Origin: an uncultured Verrucomicrobiae bacterium
GTDB taxonomy: Bacteria; Verrucomicrobiota; Verrucomicrobiia; Chthoniobacterales; UBA10450
Assembly (NCBI GenBank): GCA_963801815.1
Contig: CAWDGJ010000002.1
Coordinates: 832,001 to 896,000 of the forward strand
DNA: 64,000 bases
Direction: 5' to 3'
Shown: positions 39,120-49,657 of the stretch, piece after piece
Layout: the number at the start of each line of letters is the position of its first letter
How positions within the stretch are numbered: the first letter of the stretch is position 1
Notes under the pieces: generated by a model
The model's input: the letters and a program-made list of their open reading frames with translations, nothing else
What the model was told of the DNA's origin: nothing
Database searches by the model: none
Position numbers and translations under genes: made by a program

Positions 39120-39583
39120 AGCGATTTATATGCTGGCGCGTTGTCACCGCTTCCCGCGTTTCTAGGTTCTAATCGTTCGAGCGGCAGGCCGAGCCATTCC
39201 GCGGCGTCTTCGCGCCTTTCGAAAATGCGGAAGTTGATCGGCGAACCCTGGGTCAGGACCGCATGGAGTTTGGCGTAATGAACGATTGTCTCATTTGTTC
39301 CCAGGAGCGCCGATTTGATTGGCGGTCGACCGGCATATGTAAGACGGCGGTACAAGGAAACGTGAACGATGTAACGGAAGTTTAGATCAACTGCATCAGC
39401 TTCGAGCGTGTCGGTAAAGCGATCGAAGGGTTCTTTCAGCTTCGCCTCCAAATCTCCAAGAACACTGATGGCTTTGTTGATTGCGGCCTCGTTGAGCACA
39501 CCGCGCGGCCGATAAATCACCAAGGGTATATCTGGGTGAAACGTGATCTCAGGAGGGAACTTAATGTGGTCCGGAATTTTCAT
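39116..39583 (-). CDS. Hypothetical protein, SpoIIAA/STAS-SEC14-like (paralog of 18222..18674)
   Basis: Aligns along its full length with the 18222 protein. Confidence 0.75.
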   Translation of the reverse strand: MKIPDHIKFPPEITFHPDIPLVIYRPRGVLNEAAINKAISVLGDLEAKLKEPFDRFTDTLEADAVDLNFRYIVHVSLYRRLTYAGRPPIKSALLGTNETIVHYAKLHAVLTQGSPINFRIFERREDAAEWLGLPLERLEPRNAGSGDNAPAYKSL

Positions 39584-39587
39584 CTAT

Positions 39588-40679
39588 TCATTGCTTCGCA
39601 TACGAAGGCTTCGGATCGGTTGGGACAAGCGGCGTGTCAGCGGCCCAGTCCCCAATGATCCGGTAACCGACTGCTAGCAACGTAGGACCAAGGAACACGC
39701 CAATAAAACCAAACGCCAGCGCACCGCCGAGGACGCCAAATAGTATCAGGATGAACGGCATGTCGCTGCCCTGACTGATGAGCCACGGTTTCACGACGTT
39801 GTCGATGCTGCTGACGCCGAATCCCCAAATCAGCATGAACACCGCCCAGCCGGTCGAGCCTTGATGAAATAACCAGAGCATGGCGGGAACCCAAATCAGC
39901 GGCGGACCAACCGGCACCACCGACAGGAAAAATGTGAGCAACATCAGCATCCCGGCGCCGGGCACACCCGCGATGAAAAAACCGACCCCAGCCATGACCG
40001 CCTGAATGAGCGCGGTCCCAAGAATTCCGTAAACAACGCCACGAACAGTGTCACCCGCGACTTTCAACAAACGTCGGCCGCGTTCGTCGGCTATGCGCTC
40101 CACTGTTGTCACCATTCTTTGGGCAGCAGACTCTCCGTTTCGAAACAAAAAGAACGCAACCAGGATACTCAATGCGAGTTGCGCGAGACCGCTGATCAGC
40201 ATCTTGCCAAGCGTGACCAAGAATGCACTTGTCGGTGCGATTAGGCGCTTGCCGAGCTCAAGTAGCTTCTCACTATCGTTCGCGACGATCTGCCAATGAT
40301 CGACGACGCGCTTTCCAACGAGCGGCAGCTTTTGCAACCATGTGGGCGGCGCGGGCGGTCCGGTTTGGGTCCAGGAACGCGCAGCCGCGGTCAGGTCGCG
40401 AACGTTGTCTGACACCGCGGCACCGATTATCACGAACGGCAAGAAAACCACGAGAATCATCGCCGTGGTCATGATTAGCGCAGCCAGGGTTCGGCGGCCG
40501 CGAACTAATTTGAGTAACCGGCGATAAATTGGCCAACTGGAAAACGATAAGACTACTGCCCACAACAGGGCGGAAACAAACGGGCGCAAGACGAGAAGGC
40601 AGCCACCCACCAGCAACAGCATGACGACTCCGCTGATGATCCGTTCAAGTCTGGTGTGAATTGGGTGAGTGTTCTCCAT
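39588..40679 (-). CDS. AI-2E family transporter (YdiK-like)
   Basis: LRPFVSALLWAVVL, IDNVVKP, GVLGGALAFGFIGVFLGP; start set at MENTHP. Confidence 0.9.
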   Translation of the reverse strand: MENTHPIHTRLERIISGVVMLLLVGGCLLVLRPFVSALLWAVVLSFSSWPIYRRLLKLVRGRRTLAALIMTTAMILVVFLPFVIIGAAVSDNVRDLTAAARSWTQTGPPAPPTWLQKLPLVGKRVVDHWQIVANDSEKLLELGKRLIAPTSAFLVTLGKMLISGLAQLALSILVAFFLFRNGESAAQRMVTTVERIADERGRRLLKVAGDTVRGVVYGILGTALIQAVMAGVGFFIAGVPGAGMLMLLTFFLSVVPVGPPLIWVPAMLWLFHQGSTGWAVFMLIWGFGVSSIDNVVKPWLISQGSDMPFILILFGVLGGALAFGFIGVFLGPTLLAVGYRIIGDWAADTPLVPTDPKPSYAKQ

Positions 40680-40742
40680 GGTAACAGGAAAGTTGATGGA
40701 GGCGACCAGCCAGCAGGGTCGCACGCCGACCTAACCGCGGAG

Positions 40743-40762
40743 TATTAGACTTTGGCCGTACT
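40743..40762. promoter_or_regulatory. Regulator box TATTAGACTTTGGCCGTACT
   Basis: Consensus variant 64 bp upstream of ATG 40679. Confidence 0.7.
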
Positions 40763-40853
40763 AAACGACAATCTTTGCTCCTATTTTGAGAGTTGGGCTA
40801 AGCGTTGCGCATTGGCAATCGGCTACCGCTAATCTTTGGCGAAAGTTTGAATT

Positions 40854-41249
40854 TCATTCTTGCACACGTGCGGCATGAGCCAGCGCATCGCGCACGGCGC
40901 CGATAAATTTGTCGTCGTTGAATGGCTTGGTGAAAAAAGCAACGGGGCCAATCTGCATGGCGGTCGCGCGCGCGGCCAGATCTTCCCGCCCGGTGATGAC
41001 GATTACCCGCGGGCGTGGGTTTAGCGCGCACATCCTCGCCAGAATTTCCAAGCCAGTCACGCCTGCCATCCAGATGTCTGTAATAACAACCGCCACCGGG
41101 TGAGTGGCGGCATGCGCGAGAAATTCTTCCGGCTTGTTGAAAGGACGAACCTTCAATCCATCCGCGACGAGCAAATTTCGCATCGAGCGCAACACCGAAG
41201 GATCGTCGTCGACTAGACAGACCTCCTCGGTTGCGATCGTTTCGCTCAT
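40854..41249 (-). CDS. Stand-alone receiver (REC) domain protein
   Basis: CLVDDD, ITDIWM, VITG, FTKPF; ATGA overlap with the kinase stop. Confidence 0.9.
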   Translation of the reverse strand: MSETIATEEVCLVDDDPSVLRSMRNLLVADGLKVRPFNKPEEFLAHAATHPVAVVITDIWMAGVTGLEILARMCALNPRPRVIVITGREDLAARATAMQIGPVAFFTKPFNDDKFIGAVRDALAHAARVQE

Positions 41250-44200
41250 GCGGCTGCAGTCTGTTGAACAGGGCGCACGGCCGGAAGGCGAATGGAAAAA
41301 CGTGCGCCCCGATCCGGTGCATTCTCGGCGGTGATGGTTCCGCCGTGGGCTTCAACGATTGAGCGAACAATTGCGAGGCCCATGCCCATGCCGGCCTGCT
41401 TGGTCGAAAAGAAGTGATCGAAAACTTTTTCCGGTCGATCGCCGGGAATGCCCGTTCCAGAATCGCGCACGCTAACTTCGGCGGTGGTGCCCTTGTCGGA
41501 ACGTGTACTAATAATGATGCGCCGCTCGGCCGGCGGAAGAGACTCCACGGCATCGAGCGCATTCATGATCAGGTTGAGCAACACTTGTTGGATCTGAACG
41601 GGAGCGGCCTCGACTTGCGGCAAACCGGGGTCGAGTTGAGTCGTAATTGTTGTTTCTCGTCGCATGATATCGGTCCCGACCAGGCGCACCGTGTCGGAGA
41701 TCACTGCGTTGAGATCGAGAAGTCCCCGGGCGCTCTTTTCTTTGCGAACGAGGCCGCGTATTCCCTGAATTACTTCGATCGCGCGACGACCGTCGGCTGC
41801 CATGTCGTTGAAAAGTTGTCCGATGAATTCAAGGTCGACGTTGCCGCGCTCGATCACGCGACGGCCAGCCGAAGCGTTATTGGCAATCGCTGCCAGCGGT
41901 TGATTAAGTTCGTGCGCGAAGGATGCGGTCATTTCGCCCATCAGCGAAACCCGATTGCGGTGCGCCATCTCTTCGCGTTGCGTCTGCACCTGAAGGTCGG
42001 CCTCTTTTCGAGTGCTGACGTCGACCGTGACGCCAATTGTCTCGAGCGGGTTTCCGCTTTCATCCTTTAAGAAGCGACCGCGCATAATGACCCATCGTAT
42101 TCTCCCGTGAGGGAGGAGCAGTCGATGTTCGCTTTCGAATGTTCCGTAGAGAGCGCTCGCACGATCGTATTCGGCTTTCACTTTTGGTCGGTCGTCCGGA
42201 TGAACGCGCGACAAGATCAAATCGCTGCTCAACGGCAGATTTGAATCAAAGCCATACATCAGGCGCCCGTTTTCGCTCATCCAGGCCGGCGTTTGATCGG
42301 GATACAAAACCCAAAAGCCGAGATCGGCAGATTCGGCAACAAGGCTGATGCGCGCGTCTCGTTCGCGTAAAATTTCGTGGTCCCGCTGACGCTCAATCGC
42401 GATGCCGGCGATGTGGGTGGCGATTTCGGTCAGCCGATTCTCCTCCGGACGCGGTCCTCGTTTCTCAGCACGATACATCGCGAACGAACCAAGGACGTCG
42501 CCACGCGATGAAAGGATGGGCGTGGACCAACAGGCAGTGAGTCCGCAGATTTCAGCGAACTTCCGATAATTCGTCCAAAGCGGATCGGTCATCACATCTT
42601 GGACCACGACTGGTCGTTTGAGATACATCGCGGTGCCGCAGGAACCGTTGCGCGGGCCGATGGCTGCGCCGTCGACTGCCTTTACGTAAGCCTCCGGCAA
42701 ATTCGGCGCCGCCCCGTGATGGACATGCTCGCCATCTCGACCGAGCAACAAGATTGAGCAACGCAATCCTTCGGCCTGTCCTTCCATCAGCAACACAAGG
42801 CTCTTCAGTACGTCAGGTAGTGGCGCGTCGGCCGCGATCATTTCCAGAACATGACTTTGCCCGACGCGAAAAAATTCCTCCTCCTTGAGTTGAGTGATGT
42901 CCTGGCAAACGGTCACCCCGCCAACCAATTCGCCATTCGTGCCGCGGAGCGGCCGGCCCGTAATCCGTGCCCACATTCCTCTGGTTGCCTTTTCGTGACG
43001 TACAAACATCTCGACGTTGTTCACTTCTTCACCGCGAATCGAGCGGACGAGGGGCAATTGTTCGTGAGGAAAAGGAGTCACCTTGTCCGGTAAATAAAGT
43101 CCGTAATGCTGAGACCAGTCGCTCGCGCCCGCTTTGATCGCGCCGGCCCCGAACATTCGTTCGGCCGCGGCGTTGAAGACAAGAAAGTTTTCGTCTTTGT
43201 CGGCGACGATCACGGCGTCACCCATGTCCGATAAAATGGAGCGCAAAATTTCATTGGTCCGGGACAGCTCGGCGGTGCCCTGCGTAACCTTCCGCGCCAA
43301 ATCGTCTCGACTCGTGCGCAGGGCCTGCTCCAATTCCCGTTGCTCGGTGATATCGGTGTTTGTTCCAAACCAGCGCGAAATTTTCCCGTCGGCGTCAAAA
43401 ATTGGAAGCGCGCGAGAAAGGAACCATCGATAATCGCCGGTTTTGCTCCGCAAGTGGAATGTATCTTCCCACGGCTGGCCAGTGGCGAACGCGACCTTAA
43501 TTCGTTCGACGACTCGACCGACCTCGTCCGGGTGATGGACCTTTTGCCAACCCCATCCCTGTACCTCTTCGAGCGTCGTGCCAGTGTAATCGTACCAACG
43601 ATCGTTGTACCAGAAAATGGAACCTTCGCAGTCGGCCATCCAAGCCAGTTGCGAGATGGAATTAGCCAATGTGCGAAACTGCCGCTCCCGCTCGCTCGCT
43701 TCGCTCTGCGTCGCTCGGTGAACAAGATCCAGTTGTCCGGCGACGGCGATAATAACGTTGAGTAAACCTTCGTTCTGTTCGCGCGACTCGCGCATGAAGA
43801 ATTCGAGAATGGCGATGACTTTGTCGCCGGAGATGATCGGTATCGCGACGCCGGTTTTTAGTCCGGCGGCCAGAGCTGCGGCAAATCGCGGAAAATTAGG
43901 ATCCTCAGTGACGTTCTCAACCCACGCTGGCTGTTTCGATTGCCACACCCGGCCAGGAAGTCCGACGCCCGGTCGGAAGTGCGCATTCTGCGAGATGGTC
44001 CTGAAATTGTTGAGCTCGCCGTCACCGCAATAGCAGCCGGGGCCAAGATTGAGGACAGCACCATTGGAATCGGGCAACCACGCTTGGCCGAGTGTCCAAC
44101 CTGTCCTTTCGCAAACACGACGCAGCACAATTTCCAGTGCGGGCGAGAGATCGTTCGCGTCCGCAATCTCCATCGAGATCGTTTGCAGCAAATTGAGCTG

Positions 44201-44260
44201 CTCATCACTGCCGGTGAGTGGGAAGCTTGGGGCAATGGCAGTCGACGGCAGAGCGCTCAT
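41246..44260 (-). CDS. Cytoplasmic GAF-PAS-PAS-GAF-PAS sensor histidine kinase
   Basis: GAF (GLPGRVW, DPNFPR), PAS/PAC domains, second GAF (GSCGTA, CWSTPI), AHELNQPL, NLIMNA, DSGTG, GMGMGL; no TM. Confidence 0.92.
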   Translation of the reverse strand: MSALPSTAIAPSFPLTGSDEQLNLLQTISMEIADANDLSPALEIVLRRVCERTGWTLGQAWLPDSNGAVLNLGPGCYCGDGELNNFRTISQNAHFRPGVGLPGRVWQSKQPAWVENVTEDPNFPRFAAALAAGLKTGVAIPIISGDKVIAILEFFMRESREQNEGLLNVIIAVAGQLDLVHRATQSEASERERQFRTLANSISQLAWMADCEGSIFWYNDRWYDYTGTTLEEVQGWGWQKVHHPDEVGRVVERIKVAFATGQPWEDTFHLRSKTGDYRWFLSRALPIFDADGKISRWFGTNTDITEQRELEQALRTSRDDLARKVTQGTAELSRTNEILRSILSDMGDAVIVADKDENFLVFNAAAERMFGAGAIKAGASDWSQHYGLYLPDKVTPFPHEQLPLVRSIRGEEVNNVEMFVRHEKATRGMWARITGRPLRGTNGELVGGVTVCQDITQLKEEEFFRVGQSHVLEMIAADAPLPDVLKSLVLLMEGQAEGLRCSILLLGRDGEHVHHGAAPNLPEAYVKAVDGAAIGPRNGSCGTAMYLKRPVVVQDVMTDPLWTNYRKFAEICGLTACWSTPILSSRGDVLGSFAMYRAEKRGPRPEENRLTEIATHIAGIAIERQRDHEILRERDARISLVAESADLGFWVLYPDQTPAWMSENGRLMYGFDSNLPLSSDLILSRVHPDDRPKVKAEYDRASALYGTFESEHRLLLPHGRIRWVIMRGRFLKDESGNPLETIGVTVDVSTRKEADLQVQTQREEMAHRNRVSLMGEMTASFAHELNQPLAAIANNASAGRRVIERGNVDLEFIGQLFNDMAADGRRAIEVIQGIRGLVRKEKSARGLLDLNAVISDTVRLVGTDIMRRETTITTQLDPGLPQVEAAPVQIQQVLLNLIMNALDAVESLPPAERRIIISTRSDKGTTAEVSVRDSGTGIPGDRPEKVFDHFFSTKQAGMGMGLAIVRSIVEAHGGTITAENAPDRGARFSIRLPAVRPVQQTAAA

Positions 44261-44272
44261 AACAACAAATCG

Positions 44273-44292
44273 AATGGGACTACGGCCTGAAT
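44273..44292. promoter_or_regulatory. Degenerate regulator box AATGGGACTACGGCCTGAAT
   Basis: Good left half-site, 13 bp upstream of the kinase ATG. Confidence 0.4.
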
Positions 44293-44432
44293 GGAAAAGC
44301 TCGGGCGACCAACGACGCTATGCTTCGCCCACGCGCACCTTAACCCTTGTGCCGCGTTCATATAAGGGATAGTCCGTATCGCATATTTCCGGCTGTGAGG
44401 CAAGTTCGGTTGTCATAACTGATTGCTCCTTT

Positions 44433-45761
44433 TCAGGTTTGCGATCTTTTCAGCAACATAATTGCGCCCCCGATCCCGGACAGAAGTGATGCCGCGAGGA
44501 TCGCCACCTTTGCTGCCTCCAAAATTTCCGTTGGACCAAAGGCGAGATTGGCGATGAAAATCGACATCGTAAAACCGATTCCACCGAGCGTGCCGACCCC
44601 GATGACATGTCGCCATCGCACCCCGCTGGGCAGCCTGGCCAATCCCATGCGCGTGACCACCCAGGCAAATAAACTGATGCCGATTGGTTTCCCATACACC
44701 AAGCCGCAGATAATGCCCAGCCCGACTGGGCCGGCGATTGCATGCCTGACGCCGCTCTGGAGAGCAACCCCCGCATTCGCCAGCGCAAAAACAGGCATGA
44801 TGACGTAATTCACCCACGGCCCGAGCGCGTGTTCGAAGCGCAACATCGGCGATTCCACTCGCTCGCAGTCGCGGGCCAGCGCGTGAAGCGCAGCACTTTT
44901 TCGCGCGCTCGTTAACATTCTTTCCCCCGCCGCATCCGCGTCTCGAAATTCTGTGAGAATTCCTTCGCTTCGTGCGAGAAATGCGCGGCTATCGATCCGT
45001 TGCCGGGCCGGGATTGTCATCGCCAGTAGAACGCCGGCGACGGTGGCGTGAATCCCCGACTTTAGAAATGCGATCCAAAGTGCAACGCCAAGTATCGCGT
45101 ACCAGATCGGATGCCGCGCGCCTGCACGATTCAAGGTGATTAGCCCGGCAAAACAAATTCCGGCGACGGCAAGATGAATTCCCGAAATTGTCTCCGTGTA
45201 AAAAAATGCGATGACGAGAACCGCGCCGATATCATCCGCGATCGCGAATGCGGCCAGAAAAATACGGAGCGATGGGGGAACGCGATTGCCTAGAAGAGCG
45301 AGAACCCCGAGCGCGAAGGCAATGTCAGTAGCCATTGGCACACCCCACCCGGCTGCGCCGGGGCTGCCGTGATTGAACAGCAAATAAAATCCCGCCGGAA
45401 CAAGCATGCCGCCGAGCGCGGCGGCGATTGGTAACGCAGCTCGCTGAAACGATGCCAACTCGCCGACCAGCGATTCGCGTTTTATCTCTAATCCAACAAG
45501 AAGAAAGAACACAGCCATCAGTCCGTCGTTGATCCAGAAGTGGAGCGACTCCGAAAGTGTGCTTCCAGCAAAGCCGAAGGTCAGATTTGTATGCCAGAGA
45601 TGAAAGTAGCTCGCGGCCCAGGGTGAATTCGCCCAGACCAGGGCAACAACAATGCAGCCAATTAAAATTAGTCCGCCGGCGGACTGCAGTTTGGCAAACT
45701 CCTGAAACGGCCGGACAAGTCGTTCGATCGGGGTCGGACCAGCCAGCCGCCTTTGATTCAT
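44433..45761 (-). CDS. nhaA: Na+/H+ antiporter NhaA
   Basis: WINDGLMAVFF, GLEIKRE, PMATDIAF, AIADD, KSGIHAT, GIGFTMSIFI. Confidence 0.95.
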   Translation of the reverse strand: MNQRRLAGPTPIERLVRPFQEFAKLQSAGGLILIGCIVVALVWANSPWAASYFHLWHTNLTFGFAGSTLSESLHFWINDGLMAVFFLLVGLEIKRESLVGELASFQRAALPIAAALGGMLVPAGFYLLFNHGSPGAAGWGVPMATDIAFALGVLALLGNRVPPSLRIFLAAFAIADDIGAVLVIAFFYTETISGIHLAVAGICFAGLITLNRAGARHPIWYAILGVALWIAFLKSGIHATVAGVLLAMTIPARQRIDSRAFLARSEGILTEFRDADAAGERMLTSARKSAALHALARDCERVESPMLRFEHALGPWVNYVIMPVFALANAGVALQSGVRHAIAGPVGLGIICGLVYGKPIGISLFAWVVTRMGLARLPSGVRWRHVIGVGTLGGIGFTMSIFIANLAFGPTEILEAAKVAILAASLLSGIGGAIMLLKRSQT

Positions 45762-45920
45762 GCCGAGAGATTAGTGCACGAATACTTGATGTTACAGGCT
45801 GCGAGTAACAATTGATGACAAGGCGCGTCCGGCCCGGGGCGGTTGTTAAACCGGCTTTGGCTGCAGCAGCTCAAGCCGGTCGGCAATCAGTCGGCCGCGA
45901 AGAGACAGAACCACACCTCG

Positions 45921-47315
45921 TTATCCCGCAAGAATCCCATCACGCTTCAGCAGCGCCTCGTAGGTCGCGTACTTATATAGATCGCCGAGAGTCGGGTAAT
46001 TGAAGCAGACCCGGTTAAAAACGCTCGCGCCCACTCCAGCCAGCATTGCGATGAGACCGATGTGGACGAGTTCGGTCGCCTGTTCGCCGACAACATGCAC
46101 GCCCAGCAGTCGCATATCCTCCGGACGAAAGATAAGCTTTAGAAGACCGTGCTCATCGCCAATGATCTGGCCGCGTGGATTGTCGGCATACCGTGCGCGA
46201 CCAATCACGTAGGGAATATTTTTCTCCTTCAAAGATTCCTCCGTTTGTCCGGCCATGCTCGCTTCCGGAATTGTATAGATGCCGGTCGGAAGAATAGGCG
46301 CTGCTGATTCCTTTTGTCGGAAATCGAACGCAACACACGCCGCTAACCGCGCCTGCTCCATGCCAGTAGCCGCGAGCGCCGGCGCACCGACGACATCACC
46401 CGCGGCAAAAATATGCCCAACTTCGGTCCGGCCCTGCGCATCCACCTTGATCAATCCGCGCTTACCGGGCGTGAGACCAGCGGCGGCAAGATCGAGATCG
46501 GCGGTATTGCTCTGGCGGCCGGCCGCGACCAGCGCATCGTTTACCGCCAAGGTCGCGCCTGATGTAAGCGTGAGCGTGACATCGCCGGTGGGCGGCGCGT
46601 CACAACGCGTCACTTTTTCTTTCCAGATAAACTTCACGCCAGCTGCGGTCATTGCGCGCTGGATGCTTTCCGAAATCTCGCGATCGAGAAAACTGAGGAG
46701 CGAGTCGCGTCCGTCGATCAAATGCACTTGAACTCCGAGCGCGGCAAAAGTGCAGGCGTATTCCGCGCCGATCACGCCCGCGCCGACGATCGCCATGGTT
46801 TTGGGCAGCACGCCGATCTCGAGAATTTCGTCGGAATCGTGAACCCGAGGATGTTCGAATGGAAATTCCTGTGGACGCACGGGCGACGAACCGGTCGCGA
46901 TGAGAATTTTCTCGCCGCGCAACAAAGTATCAGGCGCAACCCGCACCGTGTTGGGATCCACAAAGCTGGCCGTGCCATGAAACATTTCAACCTTGTAAGT
47001 TCGCAGTTGTTCTACTCTGCGCCGGCGTTCGTGAGCAGCGACGTTTTCCTTGTGATGCATGAAATCGGCTACGGTCGCCTCTCGCCGAAGTGAGAGGTCT
47101 ATCCCAAAAAGTTTGCGCGAACGCAGGCCTGAGAGAGCAAGCGCGGTTTCGCGCAAAGTCTTGCTCGGGAGCGTGCCGGTGTTGATCCCGGCGCCGCCGA
47201 CCTCGCGAAGTTTTTCCACCAGCGCGACGCGCTTGCCTAAAATGCCCGCCGTATTCGCTCCGCAAATTCCTGCCGGACCGCCACCGATCACAACAAGATC
47301 GAAATCCTTAGTCAT
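45921..47315 (-). CDS. sthA: Soluble pyridine nucleotide transhydrogenase
   Basis: GGGPAG, NTGTLPSKTLRE, GAGVIGAEY, PTGIYTIPE, FNYPTL. Confidence 0.88.
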   Translation of the reverse strand: MTKDFDLVVIGGGPAGICGANTAGILGKRVALVEKLREVGGAGINTGTLPSKTLRETALALSGLRSRKLFGIDLSLRREATVADFMHHKENVAAHERRRRVEQLRTYKVEMFHGTASFVDPNTVRVAPDTLLRGEKILIATGSSPVRPQEFPFEHPRVHDSDEILEIGVLPKTMAIVGAGVIGAEYACTFAALGVQVHLIDGRDSLLSFLDREISESIQRAMTAAGVKFIWKEKVTRCDAPPTGDVTLTLTSGATLAVNDALVAAGRQSNTADLDLAAAGLTPGKRGLIKVDAQGRTEVGHIFAAGDVVGAPALAATGMEQARLAACVAFDFRQKESAAPILPTGIYTIPEASMAGQTEESLKEKNIPYVIGRARYADNPRGQIIGDEHGLLKLIFRPEDMRLLGVHVVGEQATELVHIGLIAMLAGVGASVFNRVCFNYPTLGDLYKYATYEALLKRDGILAG

Positions 47316-47319
47316 ATTT

Positions 47320-47459
47320 TCAATGTCCGGTCGTCGGTATGAAGCAAAACATGAGCGCGATGATCGTGTACACGGTCACGAGTTGAACGCCCTTATACCC
47401 AGTAGGGCCAACAACACGGCGCCGCTGATAATTCGTTCCAAGTTGGTCTGCTCAATCAT
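47320..47459 (-). pseudogene. Deletion scar: 5' end of an AI-2E gene joined to the 3' end of a Ca2+/H+ exchanger-like gene
   Basis: MIEQTNLERIISGAVLLALLG (compare LERIISGVVMLLLVG at 40679), then in another frame YKGVQLVTVYTIIALMFCFIPTTGH*. Confidence 0.6.
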
Positions 47460-49150
47460 GAGCGGCTCGATGATTGAAAATTGTCGATCACGTCGGCAAC
47501 GCTAGTGAAACGATTTATGCCACCAAGCTCGGCGTCGACGCCTTGATTGCGCAATCGATCGCGCACGGACGAGCGCGGTTCGACTGCTTGGAACCGGATG
47601 CCTTTGGCCGTGATTTCGGCGGCCATCCCCGCGAGCGTGTGCGCACTTTGCAAATCGACGCGCGGCGCCGCGGAAAGATCTAGGACGACCAGCTTCGGTA
47701 ACGGGGTCGCGGCGCGGACCCGGCTCAGGATTGATTCGCAGACGTTGTCGACGTTGAAATAAATGAGACCCGATTCCGGCCGGAAAATCATCGCGTCGGG
47801 AATGAGTTCGTTGTCAGCATGCCGTTCGCGATCTGAGAAACGGCGGGTGCCGGGAATTCGGCCGAGCAAGGCGACGTGCGGTCGCGATGCTGCGCGCATC
47901 AATTGAACGAGCGAGATTGCCGCACCGATTAAGACGCCGCGAAGCAAACCGGATGTGAGTACGCCGGCGAAAGCCGCGATCGCCACCACAAACTCCGAGC
48001 GATCGTTGCGCCAAAGTTCTTTGAGAATCGAGACCTTGAGCAGGCCGGCTACTGCAACCAAGACGACCGCGGCCAGGACCGGCTGCGGCAATGCGCTGAG
48101 CAGATGGGAGAAAAAGAGTACGACGATGAGAATGAATATCGTCGCCAGAGCAGTAGATAGCGGCGTGTGCGCACCGCCTTCTTCGTTGACCAGCGATTGC
48201 GACGTTCCGCCGCTGACTGGAAATCCGCCGCCCAGCCCGGCGGCAAGATTGGAAACGGCGAGCGCGAGATTTTCCTGATTCGCATCGAATCGCCCGCCGT
48301 GCTTCGCCGCGAACATTCGTCCAATCGCCGCTGTTTCCACGGCGCCGAGGAGAAAACAAGCGAGCGCCAGCGGAAGCAATTCATTGAGATCATGCCAGTA
48401 AACCGCAGGCATCTTGAGTGGCGGAAGGCCTTGCGGCACGGTCCCGATCAACTTCACGCCGCGAGTCTCAAGTGCGAGTAAGGACGCGGCGACAATGCCT
48501 CCGATTACGACGAAAAGTGCAACCGGTTTGTTTTTCAGAAAAATTTTGCCAAGGATTAGTATTGCCAGCGCGATTCCACCAACCAGGAGCGACGTCGGAT
48601 TAGTTTCACCCAAGTGCTTGAAGAAAAACCCGGCGTTTTCCCAGAAACTTCCGTGCGCACCATGAAAGCCGAAGAGCTTTGGCAGTTGCGTGCTGGCAAG
48701 GAAAAGCGCGACCCCGCTCTTGAATCCCGTCATGACGCTTTCGGAAATGAAATTCACCAATACGCCGGCTTTGACGATCCAGGCAATGAAGCCAATCAGG
48801 GCAACGAGCAGGGCAGTTCCGGCGGCAAGCGCCCCGAAGCGTGACGTGTCGCCGCCGGTGATTTCGCCTAACGACGCACCGATAAGCAGCGAGATTGCCG
48901 ACGTTACGGAGATGGCGGTGTGTCGCGAGCCGCAAAAAATCCAGAAGACCAGGCCGCTGAACAGGCACGCATAGAGTCCCGCTTCGGGCGGCAAACTGGC
49001 CAGCGACGCGTCGCCCAGTGCCGCCGGAATCAAATAAGCGGCCAGCGTGATTCCGGCGGCAACGTCTGGACGAAGCCAGCCAAGCTGATATTCGCGGAGC
49101 CAGGAAGCCGCTGGAAAAATTGATTTCCACCAAATGCGGGCAGTCGTCAT
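47456..49150 (-). CDS. SulP/SLC26 anion transporter with STAS domain
   Basis: LRPDVAAGIT, EAGLY, FISESVMTGF, DANQE, C-terminal STAS (VVLDLS). Confidence 0.92.
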   Translation of the reverse strand: MTTARIWWKSIFPAASWLREYQLGWLRPDVAAGITLAAYLIPAALGDASLASLPPEAGLYACLFSGLVFWIFCGSRHTAISVTSAISLLIGASLGEITGGDTSRFGALAAGTALLVALIGFIAWIVKAGVLVNFISESVMTGFKSGVALFLASTQLPKLFGFHGAHGSFWENAGFFFKHLGETNPTSLLVGGIALAILILGKIFLKNKPVALFVVIGGIVAASLLALETRGVKLIGTVPQGLPPLKMPAVYWHDLNELLPLALACFLLGAVETAAIGRMFAAKHGGRFDANQENLALAVSNLAAGLGGGFPVSGGTSQSLVNEEGGAHTPLSTALATIFILIVVLFFSHLLSALPQPVLAAVVLVAVAGLLKVSILKELWRNDRSEFVVAIAAFAGVLTSGLLRGVLIGAAISLVQLMRAASRPHVALLGRIPGTRRFSDRERHADNELIPDAMIFRPESGLIYFNVDNVCESILSRVRAATPLPKLVVLDLSAAPRVDLQSAHTLAGMAAEITAKGIRFQAVEPRSSVRDRLRNQGVDAELGGINRFTSVADVIDNFQSSSRS

Positions 49151-49570
49151 CGAGGTCGATCTCCGAGGCGATCGGTACTGTTTCCGGTGGCGCGCCTTGT
49201 ATTCAACCGCCCAGGCCCGCGCAGCTTCCAACGGATGGCGGGTCTTCTGCCGGTCGAGCCACGCCTTCAGTCCTTCTTCGTCAACTGGGAGCTCAGCAAT
49301 TCGCGGCCGGCCAAGCAGTCGCCCGAATGTTTCCATAACGTTCTGAATCGAGGGAAACACGATCTCATCCAATATTTCCGGTTTTCCCTGACAGGCGTAG
49401 GCATTGAAATCGACCCAGCATCCGTCCGGACGGAGCACGAACATGCGCGTCTTCGGGATTTCCGCAGTCGGAGACACGCCGGTCTGCGTGACCAAGTACG
49501 GTCCATCGCTCTCGGCGGATCCGAGGTTCAATACCTGGGAATCCCGATGGTTGTTGGTAATGGCGCGCAT
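49151..49570 (-). CDS. Small hypothetical protein, read in frame with SulP in this sequence
   Basis: 140 soluble codons before MTTARIWW; probably a separate gene (see rejected list). Confidence 0.55.
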
Positions 49571-49657
49571 CAGGTCCGGGCGCCGTACTCATTATATATA
49601 TAGTACAGCCGTGGGGCTCGGGGTTGGCATCGTCGAATATGAGTGGTCATAGGGCGT

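Noticed and set aside
47456..49570. Novel N-terminal domain fused to SulP (704-aa ORF)
   Set aside because: The SulP ATG at 49150 is part of an ATGA. Removing one upstream base would end the 140-codon ORF at that TGA, which fits the insertion errors seen nearby, so these are probably two coupled genes.
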